From NCBI GenBank assembly GCA_035221665.1, contig CM069160.1, forward strand, positions 3,472,001 through 3,536,000: a DNA stretch of 64,000 bases, given 5' to 3'. Every line of letters begins with the position of its first letter. The first letter of the stretch is position 1. The notes under the pieces were generated by a model. That model made no database searches. It was not told the origin of the DNA and worked only from the letters and a program-made list of their open reading frames with translations. Positions 37,321 through 49,809 of the stretch are shown piece after piece. A program made the translations under genes and the position numbers. The stretch comes from Okamejei kenojei. Taxonomy: Eukaryota.

Positions 37321-40300
37321 ACCATATAACCATATAACCATATAACAATTACAGCACGGAGACTGGCCCTCTCGGCCCTTCCGGTCCGTGCCGACCATTT
37401 GTTTTCCCCTAGTCCCATCTACCTGCACTCAGACCATACCCCTCCATTCCCTTCACGTCCATATACCTATCCACTTTACTTTTAAATGTTAAAATCGATC
37501 CTGCCTCCACCACCTCTGCCGGAAGCTCATTCCACCACAGCCACCCACCCTCTGAGTAAAAGAAGTTCCCCCTCACGTTACCCCTAAACTACTGTCCCTT
37601 AATTCTCATGTCATGCCCTCTTGTTTGAATCTTCCCTACCCTCAATGGGAAAAAGCTTATCCACGTCAACTCTGTCTATCCCTTTCATCATTTTAAAGAC
37701 CTCAATCAAGTCCCCCCTTAACCTTCTGCGCTCCAAAGAATAAAGACCTAACTTGTTCAACCTTTCTCTGTAACATAGTTGCTGGAACCCTGGCAAACAT
37801 TCTAGTAAATCTCCTCTGTACTCTCTCTATTTTGTTGACATCGTTCCTATAACTAGGCGACCAAAATTGTACACCATACTCCAGAATTGGTCTTACCAAT
37901 GCCTTGTACAATTTGAACATTACTTCCCTACTCCTATATTCAATGCTCTGATTTATAAAGGCCAGCACACCAAAGGCTTTCTTTACCACCCTATCTGCAT
38001 GCGATTCCACCTTCAGGGAACTATGCACAGTTATTCCTAGATCACTCTGTTCCACAGCATTCCTCAATTCCCTACCATTTACCATGTACGTCCTATTTTG
38101 ATTTGTCCTGCCAAGATGTAGCACTTCACACTTATCAGCATTAAACTCCATCTGCCATCTTTCAGCCCACTTTTCCAAGTGGCCCAAATCTCTCTGTAGA
38201 CTTTGAGAATCTACTTCATTATCCACAATACCACCTATCTTAGTATCATCTGCATACTTACTTATCCAATTTTCCACCCCATCATCCAGATCATTGATGT
38301 ACATGACAAACAACAGTGGACCCAACACAGATCCCTGAGGCACCCCACTGGTCACCGGCTTCCAACCTGACAAACAGCCATCCACCATTACTCTCTGACA
38401 TCTCCCATTCAGCCACTGTTGAATCCATCTTGCTACTCCGCCATTAACACCCAAAGATTGACCTTCTGAACCAACCTTCCATGGGGAACCCTTGTCAAAG
38501 GCCTTACTGAAATCCATATAGACAACATCCACTGCTTTACCTCATCAATTTCACTAGTTACCGCTTCAAAAAATTCAAGAAGGTTTGTCAAACATGACCT
38601 TCCAGGCACAAATCCATGTTGACTGTTCCTGATCAGACCCTGTTTATCCAGATGCTTATATATATTATCTCTAAGTATCCTTTCCATTAATTTGCCCACC
38701 ACTGACGTCAAACTAATAGGTCTATAACTGCTAGGTTTATTCTTTGAACCCTTTTTAAACAATGGAACAATATGCGCAGTACGACAATCCTCCGGCACTA
38801 TTCCCGTTTCTAATGACATTTGAAATATTTCTGTCATAGCTCCTGCTATTTCTACACTAACTTCCCTCAATGTCCTAAGGAATATCCTGTCAGGACCTGG
38901 AGACTTATCCACCTTTATATTTTTCAAAAGTGTCAGTTCTTCCTCCTCTTTGAATCTCATAGTTTCCATAGCTACTCTACTTTTGCCCTTACCTCACAGA
39001 GTTCAATATCCTTCTCCTTGGTGAATACCGAAGAAAAGAAATTGTTCAATATCTCCCCCATCTCTTTTGGCTCTGCAGATAGCTGTCCATTCTGGTTCTC
39101 TAATGGTCCAATTTTATCCCTCGTTATCCTTTTGCTATTAATATAGCCGTAGAAACCCTTTGGATTTACTTTCACCTTTCTTGCCAAAGCAACCTCATAT
39201 CTTCTTTTAGCCTTCCTAATTTCTTTCTTAAGATTCTTTTTTACATTCTTTATACTCCTCTAGCACCTCATTTACTCCATGCCTCCTATAATTCTTGTAG
39301 ATATCTCTCTTTTTTCGAAACAAGTGTCTAATTTTCCCTTGATAACCATGGCTCTTTCCAATTTTTACTATTTCCTTTCAACCTAACAGGGGACATAAAG
39401 ATTCTGTACTCTTACAATTTCCCCTTTAAATGTCCTCCATTTCTCTTCTACATCCTTTCCATGAAACAAAGTGTCCCAATTCACTCCTTTAAAATCCCCA
39501 CGCATTCCCTCAAAGTTAGCCTTTCTCCAATCAAAAATCTACACTCTAGGTCCTGTTTCTGACTCGCTCCATAATTATATTGAAAACTAATGGTATTGTG
39601 ATCACTGGTCCCGAAGTGCTCACCAACGCATACCTCCGTCACCTGTCCTGCCTCATTTCCTAACAGGAGGTCCAGCACTGCCCCTTCTCTGGTCGGTACT
39701 TCTATGTACTGCTGCAAAAAACTATCCTGCACACATTTTACAAACTCCAAACCATCCAGCCCATTTACAGAATGTGTTTCCCAGTCTATTTTTGGGAAAT
39801 TGAAATCTCCCACAATCACTACCATCTGCTTACTACTAATATCTGCTATCTCCTTACATATTTGCTCTTCCAATTCTCGCTCCCCATTTGGCGGTCTATA
39901 GTACACCCCTAAAAGTGTTGCTACACCGTTCCCACTTCTCAGTTCCACCCAAATAGCCTCCTAGACGAACCCTCTAATCTATCCTGCCAAAGCACTGCTG
40001 TAATATCCTCTCTGACAAGCAATGCAACACCTCCACCTCTGGTCCCTCCAATTCTATCACCCCGGAAGCAACGAAATCCTGGAATATTTAGTTTCCAATC
40101 ACAGCCCTCCTGCAACCATGTTTCACTGATTGCCACAACATCATATTTCCAGGTGTCAATCCAGGCTCTAAGTTCATCCACCTTACTTACAATGCTCCTA
40201 GCATTAAAATATGCACATTTTATAAACCCACCATCCTTTATTCTCTGTCTATTATCTTTTTCATCTTTCTCGTCTACATTTTGGGTCCGAGTGCTTCCCT

Positions 40301-40350
40301 TCTCTGTCTCTTGCCCCACACCCTGTCCCCTAGCCTCCTCTACCCGAGTC
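37321..40350 (-). mobile_element. Near full-length CR1 ORF2 (APE plus RT), frameshifted, nested in an older + strand CR1
   Basis: ORFs 39939..40319 and 39481..39948 (APE); 38433..38969 and 37702..38532 (DFSKAFD, GVPQGSVLGP, YADD); (CCATATAA)n tail. Host CR1 reads GGGGTGATCTTA | CTTATAGAGG across the insertion. Confidence 0.95.
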
Positions 40351-41469
40351 CCTTATAGAGGCTTATAAAATCAAGGAGCATAGATAGATTGAATGCACAG
40401 AATTTTTTATCCAGCCTTGTGTAATCAAGAACCAGAGGACTTAGGTTTAAGGTGAGAAGGAAAGGAATTATTCGGAACCAGAGGAATTAGAAATATGGAA
40501 CAACATTCCAGGGGAAGGAGTTGAGGCAGGTATTAAAAACGCATTTAGAACACACGTGGAAAGTTACTGTAGATAGGAAAAGTTCAGTGAGATATGGGTC
40601 AATTGCAGGAAAAGCGGTCTAGTTTAAACATGGCATCTTGGTTGGCATGGCCAAGTTGAGGCAAAGGACCTATTTCCATGCCGTATGACTCTATGGCTCA
40701 GTGGGTTTGAAAAGCCAATCCCTTTCCGTTTCACGGCTAAATGATAGTTAATCACCCTCATTAATAGTGACCACAATGGGAAAGCCATGACCTCGACTGG
40801 TTTACAGTGATAATAATCTAACCATTGCCTCAATGCAAATGTGCATGTCGTTGATGTTCAATTACTAAATTGTTGCTGCATTCTTACTTTTGGCGAGAGG
40901 TTAAGGTGAGAAATGGCTTGGTTCTGATCTGGGTCCTGGAACTGCTAGACATCTTGATACCATGACAACAGAACCTCCGTTTCAGGAAATATACTTGTTG
41001 ATAGTTGTCTCAGACCAGCAATGCCAGGGAACATTGTATTTTGAAGACGAAATATGAAACAACCAAGGCCAAGTGCTCGAGAAAGCAGCACGTCTGTTAT
41101 TTCAATGAAAACTCTGATCTTCATCCATCTTGTCATTTTGGTCACCCAGTTTTGTTTATAATATTGTATAACATTTGCAATGAATTCTCACTATTTATGA
41201 CATTTACAGCTAGCGTGAAGATGCATCAGTCAATACCTTCTGTCTTCCAAGTTAGTTTATTTAATAGAAAGATAGAAACATAAAAAAATAGGTGCAGGAA
41301 TAGACTATTCGGCCCTTCGATCCAGCACCGCCATTCAATAAAATCATGGCTAATTATCCAAAATCAGTACTCCGTTCCGGCTTTCCCCCCCATATCCCTT
41401 GATTCCCTTAGCCCTAAGAGCTAAATCTAATTCTCTCTTGAACACAGTGATGCAGTGTGTAAACAGGCC

Positions 41470-41740
41470 CTTTGTGCCACCAAATCCATACTCACCAGCA
41501 ATCACCTATTCATAATAGATTTCCCATCCACTCCCTACACAATCAGGGTGATTTACAGAGGATGATTACATGCAAACCCGCTCATCTTTGGGATATGGTG
41601 GGAAACTGGAGCTCCCTGAGGAAGCCCACATCGTCACAAGGAGAACGTGCAAACTCCACATAGACAGTACCCGAGGTCCAGATTGAACCTGGGTCTCTGT
41701 CGTTGTGAGGCAGCATTTCCACCACCGGCACTACTATGCT
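41470..41740 (-). mobile_element. HE1/V-SINE-like SINE
   Basis: Minus-strand AGAGACCCAGGTTCAATC B-box region and V-like domain. Confidence 0.65.
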
Positions 41741-41769
41741 GCCTTACGTACAAACTCTAAATCCTACAT

Positions 41770-43720
41770 TGTTATATGATTAGTATACACAAGCAGGCTA
41801 CATACATATATACAAATAACCCTTGCTCAGAGGACGTCAGGAAAGGTTTGGGAGAACAGATACGTTTGTAGACTAGACTTAAAGAAGTCGATGGAGAGGG
41901 CAGTTCTAATGGGGAGGGGGATGCTGTTCCACAGTCTAGATGCTGCGACCGCAAAGGCGTGGTCGCCCCTGAGCTTATGCCTAGACTGCGGGACATTCAG
42001 CAACACCAAGTCGGCTGATCTGAGTGACCTGGAGGTGGTGTAGTGGGTTAGAAGACTTTTAATGTATGTGGGTGCAAGCCCATTGATGGCTTTGTAGACA
42101 AAGAGGAGGGTCTTAAAATTTATTCGGAACCGCACAGGGATTCAGTGGAGTGAGGCCAGGATCGGGGTGATGTGGTCCCTTTTTCGGGTTCCCGTCAGGA
42201 GTCCCGCTGCGGCGTTTTGGACCAGTTTGCAGGCGGACAGGGAAGATTGGCTGATGCCAGTGTAAAGGGAGTTGCAGTAATCTAGGCTGGAGGAGATGAA
42301 TGTATGGATGATCTTTTCGAGGTCATCAAACTGGAGGAATTGTTTTATTTTAGCTATCATCCGAAGCTGTAAGGAGCTAGCTTTTACCACGGCATTGACT
42401 TGTTTGTCAAACTTCAGTGCTGAGTCAAATATCACGCCAAGGTTTTTGACGTGAGGTTTGAGTAGTGGGGTAAGGCTTCCAACGCTGCCTACTATCATTT
42501 TGATTGAGTCCGAGGGGCCGAGAGGGTGACCTCAGACTTACTCTCGTTTAGCTGGAGGAAGTTCTGGGCCACCCATCACTTTATATCCTCGAGGCAGCGA
42601 GTATGGTTAAGCAGATTTCAATGTTTTTTGGGCTTCAGGGGGAGATACAGTTGTGTATCGTCTGCGTAGCAGTGCAAGGAAATGCCGTGCCTTTCAATGA
42701 CTTGGCCAAAGGGGGGCATATACAGGGAGAAGAGAATGGGGCCAAGGACTAGCTGGGGAGGAGAAACAATTTCCTATATTGGTAGGGAAGCTACTACCTT
42801 TGAGGTAGGAGATGAACCAGCTCAGGGCAGTGCCATCAATACCAACCCCGTACCGGAGACGGTCAATTAGGATGGTGTGGTCGACAGTATCAAATGCTGC
42901 GCTGAAGTCAAGTAGGAGCATGATTGCACAGTCGCCGGAATCAAGGGTGAGCAGTAAGTCATTATGTACATTCAACAAGGCAGACTCTGTGCTGTGGTGA
43001 GCCCTGAAACCTGATTGGAAAGTTTCCAAGATAGTATTTTGGTGAACGTAAGGCATAAGTTGACAAGATTATCTTTTCAAGGGCTTTTTAGAGGAGAGGC
43101 AGTTTAGAAATGGGTCTGTAGTTGCTTGGCAAGGTGAGGTCGAGGTTAGGGTTTTTTCAGGAGTGGCTGGACCACAGCATGCTTGCAGCAGGTAGGTACA
43201 GTGCCCTTGGCCAGAGAACTGTTGAAGATGGCGAGGATACTGGGACCGGCTATTATGGTGACGTCCACCAGAGGGGACAATGTCGAGGGGGCAGGTCGTG
43301 GTGATCATGGTGCTGATCATTTTTACAAGGGATGGTAGAGTAACAGGTTGGAAACAATCTAATTTTGAAGAACAGACCAATGAGACAGCCAGGTCACTGG
43401 TGGGAGGGGAAATATTCGTTCTTATGTTCGTTACCTTGGTGGTGAAAAATGTAGTAAATTACTCGCACTTAGTCGAGAGTGCAGATGTCGGGGGCAGCTA
43501 CGAGAGCCTCAGAGAACTTACTGACCGTCGTGGAGTTAACGTAGCGTCAGTAGCGAGCAGGGGGATGTGACTTTGAGGGAGAGAATGGCAGGTTTATATC
43601 GAATATAATAGCACTGTGATCAGACAGACAGGCATCAATAGAAAATGTGTTATAAGTAGGGAGACCAGACGAAAGCCCTAGGTCTAGTGTATGGCCAAGC
43701 TTGTGAGTGCGTCCAGTGGT
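41770..43720 (-). mobile_element. L2 LINE ORF2 fragment
   Basis: [38 protein letters not shown] (~42645-42670), SSLDYCNSL, HITPILASLH. Confidence 0.92.
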
Positions 43721-43791
43721 GAGCAGATAGTGCGTATTAATGAGGAGAATATACAGAATAGCTGCGTTATATTCGAACACCAATATTCGGC

Positions 43792-44110
43792 TCACTGCCG
43801 CGCTCGTTTAGTGGGTTTCGTAAAGCAATGAAAAATAATTTTCGTCCCGTTCTTCAGCTCCTGTCTGTATGTGCTTTGGGTCTTTGCATAGATACAAGTA
43901 TTGGCGTAGGAGCTGATGCGAATGAGCAAGACCCACACCTCATTGATGATGTTAGAGGGCCTTGTGAGATCCAAGCCCACAAAATTAATAGTAATTCGGG
44001 CACAGGAGCAAATCATCGCTCCCGTCGTCCACTGTAACATGGAGGTTGCCGACACCGTGAAGAGTAAGGCAATAGACTTACGCCGATTCTCCTCAGTGTC
44101 CTTGCCATCG
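43792..44110 (-). pseudogene. GPR139-like: GPR139-like GPCR locus B0, 3' fragment only (ICL3-TM6-TM7-H8)
   Basis: GKDTEENRRKSIALLFTVSATSMLQWTT..NEVWVLLIRISSYANTCIYAKTQSTYRQELKNG..Q*. Similarity stops at ~44110. Confidence 0.85.
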
Positions 44111-45544
44111 CGAATTAGCTAATCATGCTTCCTACATTCGTATTTAGTTTGTGAATGGAAATCGCAAACAACAGTCTCAACGCCGATCCCTGCCGTAACC
44201 CGCACGTCACAGACTTCCAGTCGCAAAACACAATCATCATATCCCCATCTCTCCCCCACCCCCCAACCTTTCACCCAACTAACTAACAAGCCAATTTTCC
44301 TTGTGGCGATGTATCCGCTGGGTCTCATCCTTTGAAACATTCTCCCATGTGGGACGTGTCAAATCCGAACAGACGCCTCCAATGAAGACATCCGAGGTGA
44401 GGTGGCAGTGGGGTAGAATTGGTAGGTTTGTTTAGCGCTGTCACTTCCAAAGCAGTGATCACCGTCCCAGGCATGCACATCCAACATTACCATCGGAAGG
44501 AAGTCCCAATCAGTATCTCTAATCATGTGCTTTAAGCTACAAGAACACAATAAAGCTTTTCAGGATAAATACAATTTCATTCAATTGAAATGTAAATTCG
44601 TTTTATTATATTCTTCCTTTGGACGAGCTGGCCGAATAAAGAGACTGAAGGCAGATCTCAAACAGAAATGTCGCCTATTCATTGCCCCCGCAGATACACA
44701 GTGATCCACCAGTTCGTACATCTCCTTGCGTTTGACGAAATCATGAGGGTGATATCATCCCGCCGGCGCACGTAATCCGCCAGCTGTTCCACCCTTGAAC
44801 CAGTGGGTCCCGCCTCCCCCGTTCTGATCAGCTGTCGGAAGTCTCTTCAACAGCAGGAAATCGTGTATCTTTTAAGCTTGAGCGTTCCTGTCATTGTGTT
44901 CTTTACCAGCAAGCAGTGACAATCGAATACGGGATTCAATTCTAAAATGGGTAGTGGGGGTTTCGATTCAGTATTTTTAAGTTTGTTTTCAGCTACAACT
45001 TTTATTCACCCGATCATTTCGCTCCAGGGACTCTTCTTGGCCCGCTGAATTACTCCGGTACGTTGTGATTTGCTCAATCAGTATGGTAAACTACATTTAA
45101 TTAATTCGAAAGACTGCTTGTGTCTATTTGGATGCGAACGTAGTCAGAACAGAGAAACAAACGAGGCAAGGTGCGGCGGGTAAACGGTCAGGTATCGAGA
45201 GGAGCCGAGGGATTCATATTGATGACCGCCAATGTGGGTCGGGCTGAAAAACGAAAACCGCACGGATTGTTTGCATTTATGACCGAGGGATAAAACATAG
45301 AACGGCAACAGTGCAGGAATTGGGCGTTCGGTCCACAATATCCGCGCCGAGCATGATGCCAAGTTTGCACCATTCTTTTCTATTTGCACATGATCCGTAT
45401 CCTTTCGTTCCCTGCAAATCCATGTGCCACCATTTATGCCTCCATCACTCCCCCTGTCACCGACCACCATTTGTGTAAAAAGCCTGCTCCGCGGATCTGC
45501 TTTGAAATTTCCCTATCTCACTTTAAAGCTATATCATCTACTCC

Positions 45545-45800
45545 CTGTGTAGGAAAGAACTACAGACGCTGGTTTAAACCGATGATAGACACACAAATCT
45601 GTAGTAACTCTGGAAAGAAGGAATGGGTTGCCAAAATGTGCCGGAAAGAACTGCCGATGCTGGTTTAAATTGAAGATAGACACAAAATACTGGAGTACTT
45701 AATATGAAGAAGGTTCTCGACCGGATATATTACTCATTCCTTCTTTCCAGGGATGCTGCCTGTCCCACTGAGTTACTCAAGCATTTTGTGTCTATCCTCT
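45545..45800. mobile_element. Tandem and inverted Penelope-type terminal repeat fragments
   Basis: Two minus-strand GGAAAGAACT..GCTGGTTTAAA..GATAGACACA units followed by a plus copy with a degenerate hammerhead at ~45705. Confidence 0.55.
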
Positions 45801-46097
45801 ATCTAGATGACCAAGTTGTTATCCGCGATGCGGTGGCACACGCTTTATGCATATTCCCAGGTCAATGTTATTCAGTCCCTTGTTCAGCGAAACAGCTCTA
45901 GTCGGAAATGGGGCACTGAATAGAAACACAAGGATCTTGAACAAAATATAACGTGCTGGACGAACTGAACGTGATAGGCAACATCTGTAGAGGAACTGAC
46001 ATGTATTGTGTCGGATTGGGGGCTTCCACTGAATGGTGAACTTCGGTGAGTGGAATAGAGAAAATATAGACGCAAAAATCAAATTCCAACTCACGGC

Positions 46098-47001
46098 TCA
46101 CTGCATCGCCTGTTTCATGGGGTTAATAATGACACGAGTTAGAATCTTAATTCCGTTCTTCAGCTGCTCTCTAAACTTGCTTTGTGTCATTGCATAGATA
46201 CAGGTGTTCGCGCAACAGCTGACCCGAATAAGCAAGATTCCTACTTCGTTGGCGATGGTCGAGGGTCTCGTGAGATCCGCGCCAACGAAATTGACGGTGA
46301 CCCGAGTGCAGATCATAGTTACCGTAGCCGTTGTCCAAAGTAATATGGAGGTGCCGGACACTGTGAAGAGTAAAACGATGGCATTGCGCCGATTCTCCGC
46401 CTCGCTGTCCTTGCCTTCCAGTGACTTCAAGCGCCGGCGGACTCTGTTTGGCTGCTACGATGTTCCTGACCGTCAGCCCGTTCAGAAGTATGATAAGACC
46501 AAAGGGGAGTAAAGAGAGAGAGACGCTACATAGCCAGGTGAAAGCCACCCAGCCGATGGAAGTGAAGTACTCGGCTTTGGGCCGGCATCCCCAGTTCACA
46601 TTGTCGATGGTGAAAACGTGGCTCATACATGAAGTGAAAGGGGATGTACTTTAAACAGCTCAATGCGCACAAGGACACAATGATCACTCCGGCCGTCTTA
46701 TCCGTGCAATACGTGACTCTCAGCTTCGGGCAGCAAATGCTGACAAAACGATCAAAGGTGAAGGACACGGTTAACCAGACGGAATAGTCCAGGGTGGCGG
46801 CCCGCAAGTGTATGTATGAAGAGCAGAATGTGCTGAGGGAGAGGAAGGAATGAGGGTTGTGATAAATGTAGATTTCCCTGAGCAACACGTGGAAGATGAC
46901 CACCAGCAGATCGGACATTGCCATCGCCACCATGTAGCGGGTGATTCCTTTGGTGAGACCGCACTTTCCCCGGCACAGGATCGCAGCCGTCAGCACGTTC
47001 G
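46098..47001 (-). CDS. GPR139-like: GPR139-like GPCR locus B1, exon 2 (two +1 homopolymer frameshifts; otherwise intact)
   Basis: ORFs 46526..47032, 46171..46626 and 46098..46430 join into a 7TM protein: MAMSDLLVV, SVWLTVSFTFDRFVSICCP, NWGC, LLPFGLIILLNGLT, ILLW, ANTCIY, SKFRE. Acceptor TTTTTCACCCAG. Confidence 0.92.
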
Positions 47002-48624
47002 CTGGGTGAAAAACAAAGTTGGGGGAATTCACTAATTAATGTTCCGTCATGAGTAACTGTGAGGAAAGGATTTGTTGGAGAGTAAACAATGCAGACAGCC
47101 ACATAAAACGTAGAACATTACAGCATAGGTACACGCCTTTCACAGCACACTGTATCCGCGGCGAATTTGATGCCAGGTTAAGCTAACGTCTGTTGCCTGC
47201 ACACTAGACACGCCTCTCAATTCTCTTCACACATATACATATATATGCAGAAGCCTTCTGAAGCCCGCTATGGTATCTGCCTCCACCAACTGACCTGGCA
47301 GCGTGTTCCAGGCACCCAGCACTCTCCGTGTAAACGAAAGCTTCCCATGAAAATGTGCTTTAAACTTTGCCACTCTCTAAAACGTTATGAACATTGAGGG
47401 TGGCGGATGCCTAGAATGCGCTTCCAGGATTGGCGGTAGAAACAGATTAGAAAGTGAATTTGGAGAAGTTTTTAGTTTGACACATGGGTAAGCAGGGAGT
47501 ATGGGAATATGGATCAGGTGTATGAGATTAGTTTAACTTGCCATCACGTCAGCATGGACATTGTAAGCCGAAGGTCCTGTTCCCATGCTGAACTGTTTGT
47601 TGTATGTTCTTTGATGTATGTTCTGTGTTCTATTACATTGGCCATTTAGACTTTTGCCCTTCTGTTCCTGGGAGTCTGTGGTTCTTAAAGAGTCATGACA
47701 TTGGGAGCTCTGAAGCTAAACATAGAATAGATCTTCCTGCTCTAGCAGCGCGGATGCTGCCATTAACACCACTTGTGTGGCTATTGGAAAGGCTGTCTGC
47801 GCTTATTGCCAAATATCTCTCGGCATCAAGTGTAAGAGTCTTTACATTGCCAGGACGGAGTTGTATTAGGCACAGGGATCAATCGGGTCAAAGTCCCGCA
47901 CCAGGAGTCTGTCCGTTTTCCCAGCGCCGCGGAACTCGACGGTCAGGAGCTTAAATCAAAGTTTTCTTTGCCGAAGCAGGAGAAATTCGCGAGACGCGGG
48001 CGAGGACATTTTGCACAAAAATGAATGAGACTAAACGATATAATACAATGTCCCCCCTCAAGCGGAGTTGAGAACGATGAGGTTCCTGTAAGGAAAGCGA
48101 AGCGAAGGCGAAAAGACACAGAGCTAAGGAGGCACCGAGACTGCGAATGCAAGCGGCAACAGAGAGCGGAAGGAGCTGACAAAACCGATATCTCAAAGTC
48201 ACAGCTGGAATAACACGGCGGGTCAGGCAGCACCTCCGGAGAACATGGGAAGGTGACGATTCGAGTTGAGGCACTTCCTATACATGGACGGGAGAGCAGC
48301 AGCAATCCCATACGGGGAGCAGTGAGAGAATCTCGCAGAACTGCCGTCAGGGATGTTGTTTGAATGTTGCATAGCTTGAAGAAACTTCGTAGTGGAGTAG
48401 TGAAATGTGGAAACAAGATACTGGAGATGCCGGATTACAAAATAAGGTTCTGGAGATCCATGTGTTCCAGAGCTTCTCCTGACCGGCTGCGTTAGTCCCG
48501 CACAGCTGGAATGTTTTTTCTTGTAAATCAGCATCAGCAGTTCTCTGTTCCTGCAGCGCAGCACAGAACGTAGGGTAACATTGAGACACCGCAGACACAT
48601 GTTGAACGATGTGCCCGGACTTAC

Positions 48625-48694
48625 CAGGGATTCCAAACGCCGCCAGAATTGGATAGGAGATCTCCTTCACGTATAGAATCGGAGCCCGCCCCAT
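48625..48694 (-). CDS. GPR139-like: GPR139-like GPCR locus B1, exon 1
   Basis: 70 nt, MGRAPILYVKEISYPILAAFGIP+G|GTAAGT; splices in frame to exon 2 (PANVLT). Confidence 0.9.
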
Positions 48695-48753
48695 TCTGTA
48701 TGATCTCGGCAGCTCACTGTTCTAACACGATGGAGCAAGGAGCGCGACTCCGT

Positions 48754-48785
48754 TGCTCATTAATACTCGCGCCAACCCTCCAGAG
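48754..48785 (-). promoter_or_regulatory. Conserved core-promoter motif of subfamily B (locus B1)
   Basis: CTGGAGGGTTGGCGCGAGTATTAATGAGCA, shared with B2 and B3. Confidence 0.6.
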
Positions 48786-49544
48786 CATTCACGGAGTGAT
48801 GAAACAATGACGTTAGGCATGGACATTTGAACAAACATTTCCACGCAATTCCACACAGAGGGCTGTGGCGGCCATGTCAGTGGAGATTTTAAGGCAGAGA
48901 TAGACAAATTCTTGATTAGAACGGGTGTCAGATGTTATGGGGAGAAGACAGGAAAATGGTATTAGGAGGCAAGATCAGCCATGATTCAATGGCTGAGTAG
49001 ACTCGATGGGTCCAATGGCGCAATTCTATTCCAATAACGTGAACTTATGAATGTTAACTCCTAATTGGAGGAGCAATACACATTGCAAATATTGTAGGAT
49101 GACACGGGCTCAATACGAACCTGAATCGCAATAAACGACGTGAGATGACGTGCATTTCACGTGGCGGGATTCGCTTCGTTCACTGGGCGGCCGATGTGTT
49201 GGATGTCGGAGGATTTCTAACGCGGGTAAAATCCGAAATACAATCTGTGCTTTATCACATTATTCCCAAGTAAGAGAGAATAGGGTATTTCACAATGTTT
49301 TGCTCAGGTTGTTTCATTTGCTGCCCAATATGAATGCTTGATGTTGAACTCAGAGAAAATTTGCACGATGTCCTTGCAATAGGTGTGCGGTTATAAATTC
49401 CACATCTCATATTGATATCACCTCAAAGTCCAAATTAGAATTTATCCTCCCGTCAGCAATTTCATGAGATAATTATCCTCATATCTCTTATTTTGGGACC
49501 GATGGACTGCTTCAATTGAACGATAACATTGAGCTGAAAGCCAC

Positions 49545-49800
49545 AAGCCTGTTCTCCAAATCATCTCCTGCATCCCGAGTTCCGGATATGGCCGCCTGTA
49601 TATCGGCGAGACCAAACATCGGCGACTGCTTTGCTGAACACCTGCGCTCGGTCCGCCAACGTCCAAAGGACATTCCGTTTGCTTCCCAAGCGGATATTTT
49701 TTGTCCCGGACCTCCTCCATCGCTAGACAGAGGCCACACGGAAACTGGTCATAGAGTCCCATTGCAAGGAAATTGACACTTTGGCCTAAACTGCTCATGC
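49545..49800 (+). mobile_element. Penelope GIY-YIG fragment
   Basis: ..ISCIPSSGYGRLYIGETKH../GDCFAEHLRSVR. Confidence 0.75.
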
Positions 49801-49809
49801 TGACGGCAG

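Noticed and set aside
47604-48636. Several overlapping 100-157-aa ORFs
   Set aside because: They lie in the B1 intron and include repeat remnants; only 48625-48694 is coding.
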